Made by a program: the position numbers and the translations under genes | Shown: piece after piece, positions 52,401 to 60,628 of the stretch | How the letters are laid out: each line of letters begins with the position of its first letter | Numbering within the stretch: position 1 is the first letter of the stretch | IMG/VR virus record: IMGVR_UViG_3300045044_000110 | From: a virus | DNA length: 64,000 nt | Strand: one strand, 5' to 3' | The notes under the pieces: model-generated | The model's database searches: none | What the model was told of the DNA's origin: nothing | Seen by the model: only the letters and a program-made list of their open reading frames with translations

Positions 52401-55400
52401 GAATTCCTCGGGGCTAACAGATTTGAACTGTGGTCTGCCGCCTGGCATGAAGCTGACACTCATCGGCACATCAGGCCGACCGTGCGGGCTGGTGCGTTCC
52501 ATGACCTCGGCGAGGCCTTTGAACTCTTCCCCTGGCCGGATCCCTTCCGGCATATGCTCTGGGCTCGGGTGAAGCTCATGGATCAGCCCGGCTCTGAAGG
52601 AGCGGATCGTGGGCTCTAAAATCTCGTTGCTCCACAGCTTCCCTTTGAGTCCTTCCCTGTGACGCTCGTCAATGGCCCGGCGAATGGGGTTAGTTTCGCC
52701 TTCAGGTGTGAGTAGGGTGCCACCTTCCCGAGCCAGCTCCCGCAGCGCCTGCCCCTTCTTGGCTCTGGCGGCGGTGTTATTGATGACGGCATTTAGGAAA
52801 TCGGCCTCATGGCGTTTGAGCCGGTAAGCTACATGGTTTGGATCCACCTGGACCGGGTACTCCTTAGTCGATGCCTGGATGGCGTCTCCGGTGCCTTTAT
52901 ACCCGTGGTTGAGATTGTCGACATAGCCCTCCAGATCGTTGCGGAACTTGGTATTGATCGTGGGATAGGGCGTAGCTTTGCCCATGGCGGCCAGCTCCCT
53001 GTTGATCAGGTAGTGGTTGTTAGCCGCTGCATTCATGCTGACGCCCTGGATATAGCCCTGATGCTGCTCCCCTTGTTTAGAGGCTAGCTTTGCGCCTACT
53101 GCAGTCGGGATAAAGGTATGCCCGGCTAACTGAGCCGTGGTCTTCCCAAGCATCCTGGCTTCGGGGCTTGAAGCCTCGTACTCGATCTGCCGGGTCTTGG
53201 TGGTGGGCGGCTGCTCACCTTCGCGTGGAGCGCTTGCATAGGTGATATGCATCGGCTGCCGGTTAGCAATGGCCTGCTCGCCTGCTCTGAGCATTTGTTG
53301 CTGTTTAGGCGACATGTTGCCCAGCACATGTTCATGGAGTGCATCACCCGGCTGGAAGTATTCACCTTTGAACAGGCCGTCAGCTCCTTTGTGGACTCGG
53401 GCGTCATCAGGCGATAGCGATGCCGCATGCTCTTTCATGGCCTGATCGAGCCCGGCAACGGTGCCCTTGGCCAGATGCGGTGCGACCCTGGCATTAGCCG
53501 CTCCAGGATTATTAATCGTGGTGGGCTGCTCTTCTTCCTCGGTCTCGGTCGGGACGCCGCCGATTCGTTTCGGGCCCCGGCCCCGGCCAGCGGGCATGAA
53601 AGCTGGACCGGGCGCTTCCGGCGGACCCTGGAAATAGCCCATCTGCATGGCCGTCTGCGGACTGGGCATCATGAAAGGAGAAAAGCCTGTCTCTACTACT
53701 CCGGGAGACGTCGGTGCCGGTCCGGGAGCTGCCGGTGCCCGCTGCTGTGCTTCTGCCTCAAAACGTTGCAGTTCTTCTTCAGATACGCCGCCCCCAGGAG
53801 CTGCCTGTGGCTCTTCCTGGGCTTCGTACTGCGGAGCGCCGGGCCCACCATATTCAGCTCCTGGACCGAGGCCGCCGGGAGCACCGGGAGCACCACTAGG
53901 AGCGCCCTCTCTCCTACGTGCTAATGGGCCGCCGCCGCCTTCCTCAATTTCGTGGCCGGTGGGCGCATAAACGACCTGGCCGGTCTTTTTATCGACGATC
54001 TCAAAATTGACTGCGCCCTTAAAATTCGGAGCGAAGCCCAGGTCTTGCCTGGTTTTCCACTGCATGTCGATCAGCGCACCAGTTGATCGGCCAGGACCCA
54101 AGTCTTTGAGCGGAGCCTCGGCTGAAGCCCCGGTCCCCGGGTTATGGATTCGGATGATGTAGTTGCTATTGAAGAACTTTCCGTAGTCCTTTTGGCCGTG
54201 GTACCCAACATGCCGGAGAACGCTCGGCGGCAGGGCTGCTCCTGGATTATTTTCGCCGGAAATATCGTCATCCCAAGCCCCTCGATTCCAGCCCGGCTCG
54301 CTGTAGCCACCCCGTTCGGGGTTATCTATCTCGCCGTATTCGCTCCCCACCACCCCCACAAGTTTGTGACCGGTTTGTGGACTCTGGTGTTCCTGGGGCT
54401 GGCTCTGGACCTGGGTTTGTTGCTGGCGTTGGTCGCGGGCCGGATGAACAACTGGAACAGAAGGTTGAGTCTTGACAGTAGAACCTGTTTCGCCGCCCGG
54501 CATCAGTGCTGCCTTAGGTCCTGGCTTTGGAGGTTCGCCTTCGCTGATGGACTGCGCTGCACCTGGCGAATAACCTTGGCCTTTGAGCTGCTCCTGCGCT
54601 GCATGCGCTTCGGGCGAATCAGGCGCATGCTTCATCTCTGGTGCTGGTGGTGCACCGCCGCCGGAAGGTACTACTTTGCCCGTGATTACCCCGGCTCCCG
54701 GAACAACCCGTTGTTTCCCAGACGGAACCGGTGCCGGAGTCGGCTTTGGCGGCTCCCAGATTGGTGCGCCTTTGAGATCAGTTTCTGCTTTTAGCCAGTC
54801 AGTAAGCTCATCGCCGGGTTCGCCTGTAGTCTGTCGGCGCTGGTAATTTTCATAAGCACGTGCGCGAATATCCTCGTCACTAACTCCACCTGGTCGGTTC
54901 CGGGTAGCAGCCTCCCTGAGGCGTTGCTCCTGGAACCCTTTCTCCATTTCTGGCGGCAATTGAATTGCACCTTCCGGTGCCATCTTGGTGGCAGCAAACT
55001 CGCCTCGGGCCCAACGGCGCAGGTAGGGATCGCCCACATAGCCAAAGAGCATATGTTTTGGGACCGTAATTGGCCCATTGACATCACCGGTAGTGGTCGG
55101 CAGTCCGAGGCCTTCTAATGATTTACCAAGGTAAAGCTGGAATTGCCGCAGAAGACTTGGATCTTGAGTCCATTTGTGAGCGTCTTGCCCTTTGAATAAC
55201 TGACCCAGGGTATCAGCCGCAAACTCTTCCTGTGCTAACTCTTTGGTCAATCCGCTCCGCTTATATAAGTCTGCTTTGCCTTGGTTAAACTGCGGATTGC
55301 CTGGGGTGATTTCGGCTGTCGTTGGCAGATCGCCAAAGCCCATCTTGCCTAAAGTGTTATCGGCCTGATGGGCATAGCTATCTACGAAGTTATCTAGCTC

Positions 55401-58178
55401 ACCGGCCCGAGTGTGCATCACGAGGTAGTTAAGCCTGGCCTGGTCGTTTGGATGTAAGACTCGATAGGGAATATGGCCGGTTAACTCGTGGGCGGCGGCC
55501 TTATCAAAATCCTCGGCGCTGACGTAAGTCCTGAACTTGCCGATTGTTGGATCCCATTCGCTTACGAACCCGGCTGGGCTAACCTCGTGGCCCAGACTCC
55601 TGGCTATATCCTGTACTGTCGCTCGCGGCAAGAGATAGGACTGACTGTAGGGCTCAGCAAAGCCTTGCCACCATCTCCAGGCATTTTGATGACTGGGGTT
55701 CAACCCGTTAAATGCCGTCACCATCGGGTTATCGAATTGGTCCCCGTAAGTCTTTAATTGCCACGGAGGAGGCTTATCGGGGTTTTCGCCTTTACCAACC
55801 CAGGTAAAATCAAAGGCCGTACCTCGGAGTCCATTCCATATGTTCGGGAGGGCATGAATGGTAGCATTTGCTAGCCCGGTCTTGTTAACCGTGTCGAGGA
55901 AATCGTTGGCGTCTTTGCTCGTAATAGCGGCATAAGGAATGCCTGCGCTCATTCCGCGCACATAGCTTTCGAGAGAACGGCCTCCGACTTGGACAGCGAG
56001 CTGATTAAAAGGATTACCGCCTACTGCCGCCCGGAAAGGAATCACAGGTGCCTGAAGCGGTTTTGGCCCCAAGACTTGATCCAGCCAAGGCCAGCGAATT
56101 TCTGTTCCTGGGATGGTGCGCGCCTCTGTGCCTACGCCGGTAGCGATGGCGCGTCCTTCCAATAGGGGTATAAAAGCGCTCGGGTTGGCAGCCCTCGAGA
56201 CATTGCCCCATAGCTTGAATGTTTTGCCGATTCCTTTTAGGCCCGCGCCACCCAAAACGCCAAGGGCAGATGTGGCTCCGGCATCCTCGGCAAGAGCAAG
56301 CCAAGCATCTCGGGCCGTCGCTGGGTTAGTCAGTTTTGATTTATCGACTCTGGGGTCAAGAGCAAAAGCAAGACCGGTCCCAACTCCAGCGCCTCCGAAC
56401 CCGCTTAATACTCTCTTCTTCAGTGTAGGGAAGGTCTTCGATAATATTGCGCTGCCAACATCATCGGTCACATCACCAAGCCGCCATAAGACGCCGCCAG
56501 TTCGCGAGATAATGGGCAATAAAAGCCGGTCAGCTAACAATGCGCCTGGCGCATCCAGGCCGCCTGCCATGACAATGGCGTCGCCCAAGGTTTTAAACAC
56601 CTCGCCAGTTCCCACCATGGCTCCCGGTTTAGGCATCATCCCAGCCGCTGTTAACTCCTTGCGCTGAGCTTCCGGGATATTAACTGTGTATTTGTCGACC
56701 TGCTGGTTGTAGTTCGTGCGGGCTTGATTCAACCTAGCGTCCTGCTGAGCGCGAGTTATCAGGTAGGAATTCTGCCCAGCTCCAGTTGCAACGTCTTCCG
56801 CTTGGGGCATCCCCTTGAGCGCTGCCGCAACTACTGGCACTTTACTGACAAGCCAGTTCCAAAGGTTCTCCGCGCCTGCGCCGACTTCTATCTGGGCTTG
56901 GGCCGCACGCTTCTGCATATACACCGGCACGGCCTTATTCATTATATCCAGGATTTGTTTCTGGACACCGGCCTGAGTTTCTTCCTCAGGTTGTCCGGCA
57001 AACGCAGGCGCTAACGGAAGGTTTGCTCCTTTAGTCGCTAGCTCCTGAGCATGGACTAACTGAGACCTCGCCGTATTATAGGCATCATCAGACATGGCCC
57101 CGGACTGATGCTGTCGGTCAAGCCAGCCCATTGCATCGAGGATCGGAGTTTTCTGCAATCCACCGGCATAGGCCATGGCCTGGAGCTGCTGTTGTCCGGG
57201 CGTCTCCGGTGGACGCAGCATTTCGGCTGCCTGGGCTTTTTCTTGTTCCGCTCGGGCCTGCGCTTGTGCCGTTTCTAGGTCTTGGAGCAGGCCGCCGGGG
57301 ACCGTACCGGGCGGCAATTCTTTAGCAGTTTCTGCGGTCCACGGAATGTTGCCTCCGGTGTATTGGCCAGCTTCTGCGAGTGCTTCCCATTCTGCTTGAT
57401 TCTGCGGGGTTACCCCGGTCGGCAACTTGACGCGGTCAGCCGGGAGTACGTCGCCCGCCTTATGGACATCCTGAAGATCTTGCTTTTTTTTCTGGTCCTC
57501 GGCTAGGGCGTCATCTTCAGCTTTGCGCATTGCCGCCTGCGTCTCAGAATCCGCATTATCATACTGATTCTGAAGATGGTCTTTGGCTGCTTGCGCCGTG
57601 TCGAAGGTAATTTGCCCGCTGCCATAGGCCTTAGTCAGGCCTGCTGGCGTTTTGTAAGTATTAAGCGCGTCATTGACTAGGTCATCTGGATTAACGGTGT
57701 GTTCATCCGGGATGACGTCGCTCTTATAAACATTCTCCGGCAGAACGTCCTGACCGGGCTTAGCTATGGTCGGTGGCGGACGAGGTGTAGGCTTCGCTAT
57801 AGTCGGCGGCGGCGGCGTGACTGCTGGTGCAGCCGGAGCCTGACTTGCTGTATCGCTCTGGGGAGTGGGAGTGACGGGTCCTCCCTCCTGGAACCCGAAC
57901 ATGGGGGCGCTGGCTCGTAATCCTTCCCAGAGATTCCTTTGCTCAGGAGAAACCGGAGCTTGATAGGGAACGTCCCAGGTTGGGTTGATGAATCGTGGTT
58001 CTTGAGCACGTCGCCAGGTTCCTCGCGTGTGATCGTAGTACCATCCATATGGAGGATTGGTATATTCCGGTATTGGAACAGGGGCAGGCGGCGGCGGCGG
58101 TCGCGGAGTAGGAGCAGGTTGTGGCTTAGCCTCGTGATCGTCTGTGACCGGGCCACCTGTTTGGAAAGGCCGATCCAT
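49494..58178 (-). CDS. Giant polyvalent internal-virion/ejection protein (2894 aa)
   Basis: HELTGH...EEFAAD; DUF2934-like IRARAYENY...DWLKAE; RlpA/DPBB-like DLGPG...LIDM; GNAT-like LDAYD..LP.YY..FGF...PDVVFM; LPD23-like RRFEISD + HEIQH...GELEAR; C-terminal HhH-glycosylase-like GPKT..F..NL...TIDMW...LQAILW. Confidence 0.8.
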   Translation of the reverse strand: MDRPFQTGGPVTDDHEAKPQPAPTPRPPPPPAPVPIPEYTNPPYGWYYDHTRGTWRRAQEPRFINPTWDVPYQAPVSPEQRNLWEGLRASAPMFGFQEGGPVTPTPQSDTASQAPAAPAVTPPPPTIAKPTPRPPPTIAKPGQDVLPENVYKSDVIPDEHTVNPDDLVNDALNTYKTPAGLTKAYGSGQITFDTAQAAKDHLQNQYDNADSETQAAMRKAEDDALAEDQKKKQDLQDVHKAGDVLPADRVKLPTGVTPQNQAEWEALAEAGQYTGGNIPWTAETAKELPPGTVPGGLLQDLETAQAQARAEQEKAQAAEMLRPPETPGQQQLQAMAYAGGLQKTPILDAMGWLDRQHQSGAMSDDAYNTARSQLVHAQELATKGANLPLAPAFAGQPEEETQAGVQKQILDIMNKAVPVYMQKRAAQAQIEVGAGAENLWNWLVSKVPVVAAALKGMPQAEDVATGAGQNSYLITRAQQDARLNQARTNYNQQVDKYTVNIPEAQRKELTAAGMMPKPGAMVGTGEVFKTLGDAIVMAGGLDAPGALLADRLLLPIISRTGGVLWRLGDVTDDVGSAILSKTFPTLKKRVLSGFGGAGVGTGLAFALDPRVDKSKLTNPATARDAWLALAEDAGATSALGVLGGAGLKGIGKTFKLWGNVSRAANPSAFIPLLEGRAIATGVGTEARTIPGTEIRWPWLDQVLGPKPLQAPVIPFRAAVGGNPFNQLAVQVGGRSLESYVRGMSAGIPYAAITSKDANDFLDTVNKTGLANATIHALPNIWNGLRGTAFDFTWVGKGENPDKPPPWQLKTYGDQFDNPMVTAFNGLNPSHQNAWRWWQGFAEPYSQSYLLPRATVQDIARSLGHEVSPAGFVSEWDPTIGKFRTYVSAEDFDKAAAHELTGHIPYRVLHPNDQARLNYLVMHTRAGELDNFVDSYAHQADNTLGKMGFGDLPTTAEITPGNPQFNQGKADLYKRSGLTKELAQEEFAADTLGQLFKGQDAHKWTQDPSLLRQFQLYLGKSLEGLGLPTTTGDVNGPITVPKHMLFGYVGDPYLRRWARGEFAATKMAPEGAIQLPPEMEKGFQEQRLREAATRNRPGGVSDEDIRARAYENYQRRQTTGEPGDELTDWLKAETDLKGAPIWEPPKPTPAPVPSGKQRVVPGAGVITGKVVPSGGGAPPAPEMKHAPDSPEAHAAQEQLKGQGYSPGAAQSISEGEPPKPGPKAALMPGGETGSTVKTQPSVPVVHPARDQRQQQTQVQSQPQEHQSPQTGHKLVGVVGSEYGEIDNPERGGYSEPGWNRGAWDDDISGENNPGAALPPSVLRHVGYHGQKDYGKFFNSNYIIRIHNPGTGASAEAPLKDLGPGRSTGALIDMQWKTRQDLGFAPNFKGAVNFEIVDKKTGQVVYAPTGHEIEEGGGGPLARRREGAPSGAPGAPGGLGPGAEYGGPGAPQYEAQEEPQAAPGGGVSEEELQRFEAEAQQRAPAAPGPAPTSPGVVETGFSPFMMPSPQTAMQMGYFQGPPEAPGPAFMPAGRGRGPKRIGGVPTETEEEEQPTTINNPGAANARVAPHLAKGTVAGLDQAMKEHAASLSPDDARVHKGADGLFKGEYFQPGDALHEHVLGNMSPKQQQMLRAGEQAIANRQPMHITYASAPREGEQPPTTKTRQIEYEASSPEARMLGKTTAQLAGHTFIPTAVGAKLASKQGEQHQGYIQGVSMNAAANNHYLINRELAAMGKATPYPTINTKFRNDLEGYVDNLNHGYKGTGDAIQASTKEYPVQVDPNHVAYRLKRHEADFLNAVINNTAARAKKGQALRELAREGGTLLTPEGETNPIRRAIDERHREGLKGKLWSNEILEPTIRSFRAGLIHELHPSPEHMPEGIRPGEEFKGLAEVMERTSPHGRPDVPMSVSFMPGGRPQFKSVSPEEFITQRNKSKRPQYLSELNPEDIRHHQLYTNQEGTTGVAIDPHGDIQNVFNNGGPQGAGAHAVTHAIANGGRTLDAYDHFLPAYYRQFGFNETGRMKFNRAYAKSTWDFEKDDEPDVVFMGWNGYPEGGREGAIARATRQAPELPNERASNYYQDSDWDRAKEESRAYAQRAGTYRVGGARAEEEAQRQRGPSGLGAGEAPGRTLEAPAFMPMAGKKAKGFQQAQEEGRTFESPQGGRRFEISDQDMKFKPAPEGSLHPNLLEHRHFESWGEPMKLSEAITHPELFKNYPQLRKTKIRLNPDIRADGFYLHPYTDEEGKERGDTITLKNAQDRDTLAHEIQHAAQYIEGHPSGTSTAATYQDLKGNPAVQDELRKIAAERYPNDTREEFDYKAKLAAGKPVPAKELNQQYIDHLDTQALSRRDWIDKRLKAMAMALYQRSPGELEARVAGQRATEEARWQTEPRNALEREMQGTEKYFPVPEEAERAGAVPEWAKWKAPPEKELPEWAKPGWESVGPAFMPGAAKLKGIRKLDRALSPEVEARLGPRPDDPKQERLYQRVGERLDTQIPEAIPLEPAYDDKGKFRKDEKGGPLYKKVNYDIANAPLLQQQGKALGYAMNTRTGLMTSMAKAPKETVDDLESLDPEKRLIPYLTPTDRLRVSHLNDISAVNTYADELVKYYKSIEHLPEVMAGKEWYDEAKGLLENQFGAHSNLLANLLAATSAGNKVKINYNMAINAYHQYMLGNYDRAIDLYRQAYDIKQSGKGNLIKHIMDNKIHEALKEEAPDTDEKAMEQYIAHHGITPKNAEGKLFGHNSIAVLKVLAHTWEEEAGGPKTPNFAGNLNGRSLQATIDMWAARTMRRLGYEGRTGGQPWLIQPSAEPGVNNVDFGLSQLAFRKAAEQIGIKPSSLQAILWFAEQKHWQGRNWERAQDAEDRDYRPMLKAYKRPENVPAPSAKRHPSEPMMAPAAPG

Positions 58179-58182
58179 AAGC

Positions 58183-60612
58183 TCATTTCAGCACACGTAT
58201 TTGACCCGTCCCATCGATGACTTTTTTGCCGCTTTGGCCTTCGATGGCCTTCATCATCTGGTCATGGGTCATTCCGCGCACATCGATGTCAAAGTCTTTA
58301 GCTGGGGTGGCACTGAGGCGCGGCGTCGCAGTCGGACTTACGTTCGGGGTGACTGTCGCATAGGGTGTCCGCTTAGCTCCGTCGATGGCTTCGATACTTA
58401 AGCCGGTATCAGGAACACGCCCGGTATTGCGGATGGAAGTCGCGATATCCTTCCATTCGGGCTTGAGCCGCTCATTGTTCATCAGCGCCGCACCGATATA
58501 GCGATTTAGCAGCGCGGCCATATTGTGGTTGTAGTCGCTTAGGCTATTCGGCAACCGGGAATCCATATGTACTCCGTCGAGCATGGAGCGCTCGTCACCA
58601 GTCAAGCCGGACATTCGTCCTTCATCATGCATGATGTTCCAAGCATCCAGTAACCGCGTTTGGGCGGCGTTCGGTTTATCGCCGCCAGCAATTACGTTTG
58701 CCATGGCCCGGCCAGCCTGCTCGCCGAAAGGCAAACCGGAAAACTGATAGGCGTTAGCCCGCACTTCATTCTTCCATAGATTAACCCAACTCCAATTAGC
58801 CGGGTTGGTGCCGAGGCCTGGATCTTGAACCGCATCCATGGCGCGTTGCGATTGCAATACCTGGTTCTTGATGGCTTCCAGCTTCTCAAGAGTGGATTGC
58901 GCGACCGGTCCATGGGTGTCGAGCCAGAGTCTATTCTGCAACGCGTCCACCATCTGGTTACGAGTCATATTGGTCGGGTCCTGATGGAGGTACGTGTTCA
59001 CGTTCTGTCTGAGAACGCCGTCCGGCTTGAGTAGTTCATGGCTTGTTCCTCGACCATCGCTATACGTAACGTCCCAGGACCAAGGGGTCTCGTTATTGAT
59101 CAAGAATGGCACATGGCTATTACCTGGCCGCATATCCCGGAACCAGGTGATAGATCCTCCTGCTCCATCTTGCTTTTGTGCTGCCACCTTGAGGTCGCCT
59201 GGTCCATTGGGCTGCTTGTCCCAGCCTTGAGCCTCGCGACTAGCTGATTGCTGGTTAATCTCATCGACTGTGCCTACGAGATTTACATCTGGCGGCGGCG
59301 GACTGTCGATACTTCTAGTGGAACGCTGGGAGTCGGGCAGGCCACTAGGGTTAGCTCCAACCTTATTCGAGGTGGCAATCCCCGGCTCATTACTGGCCAT
59401 GAGGTTCGCCGGGTTAGAGATCTGCTGAGCGACCATAGCCCGGATCTGAGCATTGGGGTCATTTGACGCGACTGCCGGAACCGGAGGAGCGGGAGCGCTT
59501 GCCGGGAATGGTATCTGATTGCCGAACGGTGACCAGACTGGGCCCTGAGTGTTCGGCTGGTTCTGCTGGTCAGCCGCGCTCATAGCCAGGCTCATGTTGT
59601 TACTCGTGATGAGGTGCGGTGCGGTTCTGGCGATTTGGGAGAGCGGGATTGTCGTCGAGCCACCGCCCTTGAGGTAGGCGGTGTAAGTAGGCTGGCCGCC
59701 TGGTCCGTTTCCAGGATTAAAAGCTACCCGGTCGACTCCGCTATCCCAATTTTCTTTAAGGTGTTCCTTAACCTTGTTTGCTGGGATGGGAGGCATGAGC
59801 CCGCTCTGTGGGCTGGCTTGCCACATGGCTAGCGCTTGTTGTTCTTCGGGTGAAACCGGTGGCACCTGGACTGGCTGCTGTTGCGGAGTTACCGGAGCTT
59901 GCGGCGCTTGAACCTGGCCACCCTCTTGGAAGCGTTGAACTACGGGGCCGCCTGCCGCAGCGTACTGGTATTGGTTAGCGCCCAATAAATCCTCCACACG
60001 TGCTATCCTTGAGTTTAGATCGTCGATGCTGATAGGCGCAGCGGGAGGACCGTAGCTCGAAGATTGTGGTATCGGCTTTGCTTGTGGGGGCGGTCCTGTT
60101 TCATCCCGTTGGGCAGCGGTAGAACTGGAAATCGCGGTCGTTTGATAATCTGAGTCTGAGCCTGGGCCTCCGACTGCCTGAACTGTCTTTTTGCCCTCAT
60201 CGGTCTGTTGATCGCCAGGCGCTGGTGGTGGTTTTTCTTGGTCTGTTACGCTCTTTGTTTTAGGCTGATCCTCTGGAGGCATCCCGACGGGATAGGTATA
60301 GCCAGGGACTTCCGCATAGCCGCCATGCCCGGCAGAGCCGTACCACTTGTAGAGTTGATGCTCCTTGGAGTACTGCAGAAAATCTTGTTCTAGACGGGCT
60401 CGCGCAGCTTCAGCGCGCTGTTGCTCTCTAACCGCCGGATTTAGCATCCCGGAGGTGATATCTTTCCCTGCCTCGCGAGCGGCTAGCCCAATGGTATTCA
60501 TGTAGTTGACCGCCTCTTTTGGTGACCACCCCTCCCATGGAACAGTACTCGGGTGTAACTGATAGTAGGCCATCAGGTTGCCAAATTGGGTCTCGGATCC
60601 AGGTCCAGCCAT
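58183..60612 (-). CDS. Putative internal-virion/ejection protein (809 aa)
   Basis: P/Q/A-rich, GGxV motifs, sits between two other large virion-type genes. Confidence 0.6.
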   Translation of the reverse strand: MAGPGSETQFGNLMAYYQLHPSTVPWEGWSPKEAVNYMNTIGLAAREAGKDITSGMLNPAVREQQRAEAARARLEQDFLQYSKEHQLYKWYGSAGHGGYAEVPGYTYPVGMPPEDQPKTKSVTDQEKPPPAPGDQQTDEGKKTVQAVGGPGSDSDYQTTAISSSTAAQRDETGPPPQAKPIPQSSSYGPPAAPISIDDLNSRIARVEDLLGANQYQYAAAGGPVVQRFQEGGQVQAPQAPVTPQQQPVQVPPVSPEEQQALAMWQASPQSGLMPPIPANKVKEHLKENWDSGVDRVAFNPGNGPGGQPTYTAYLKGGGSTTIPLSQIARTAPHLITSNNMSLAMSAADQQNQPNTQGPVWSPFGNQIPFPASAPAPPVPAVASNDPNAQIRAMVAQQISNPANLMASNEPGIATSNKVGANPSGLPDSQRSTRSIDSPPPPDVNLVGTVDEINQQSASREAQGWDKQPNGPGDLKVAAQKQDGAGGSITWFRDMRPGNSHVPFLINNETPWSWDVTYSDGRGTSHELLKPDGVLRQNVNTYLHQDPTNMTRNQMVDALQNRLWLDTHGPVAQSTLEKLEAIKNQVLQSQRAMDAVQDPGLGTNPANWSWVNLWKNEVRANAYQFSGLPFGEQAGRAMANVIAGGDKPNAAQTRLLDAWNIMHDEGRMSGLTGDERSMLDGVHMDSRLPNSLSDYNHNMAALLNRYIGAALMNNERLKPEWKDIATSIRNTGRVPDTGLSIEAIDGAKRTPYATVTPNVSPTATPRLSATPAKDFDIDVRGMTHDQMMKAIEGQSGKKVIDGTGQIRVLK

Positions 60613-60628
60613 AAGTCAGATTCCTTTT

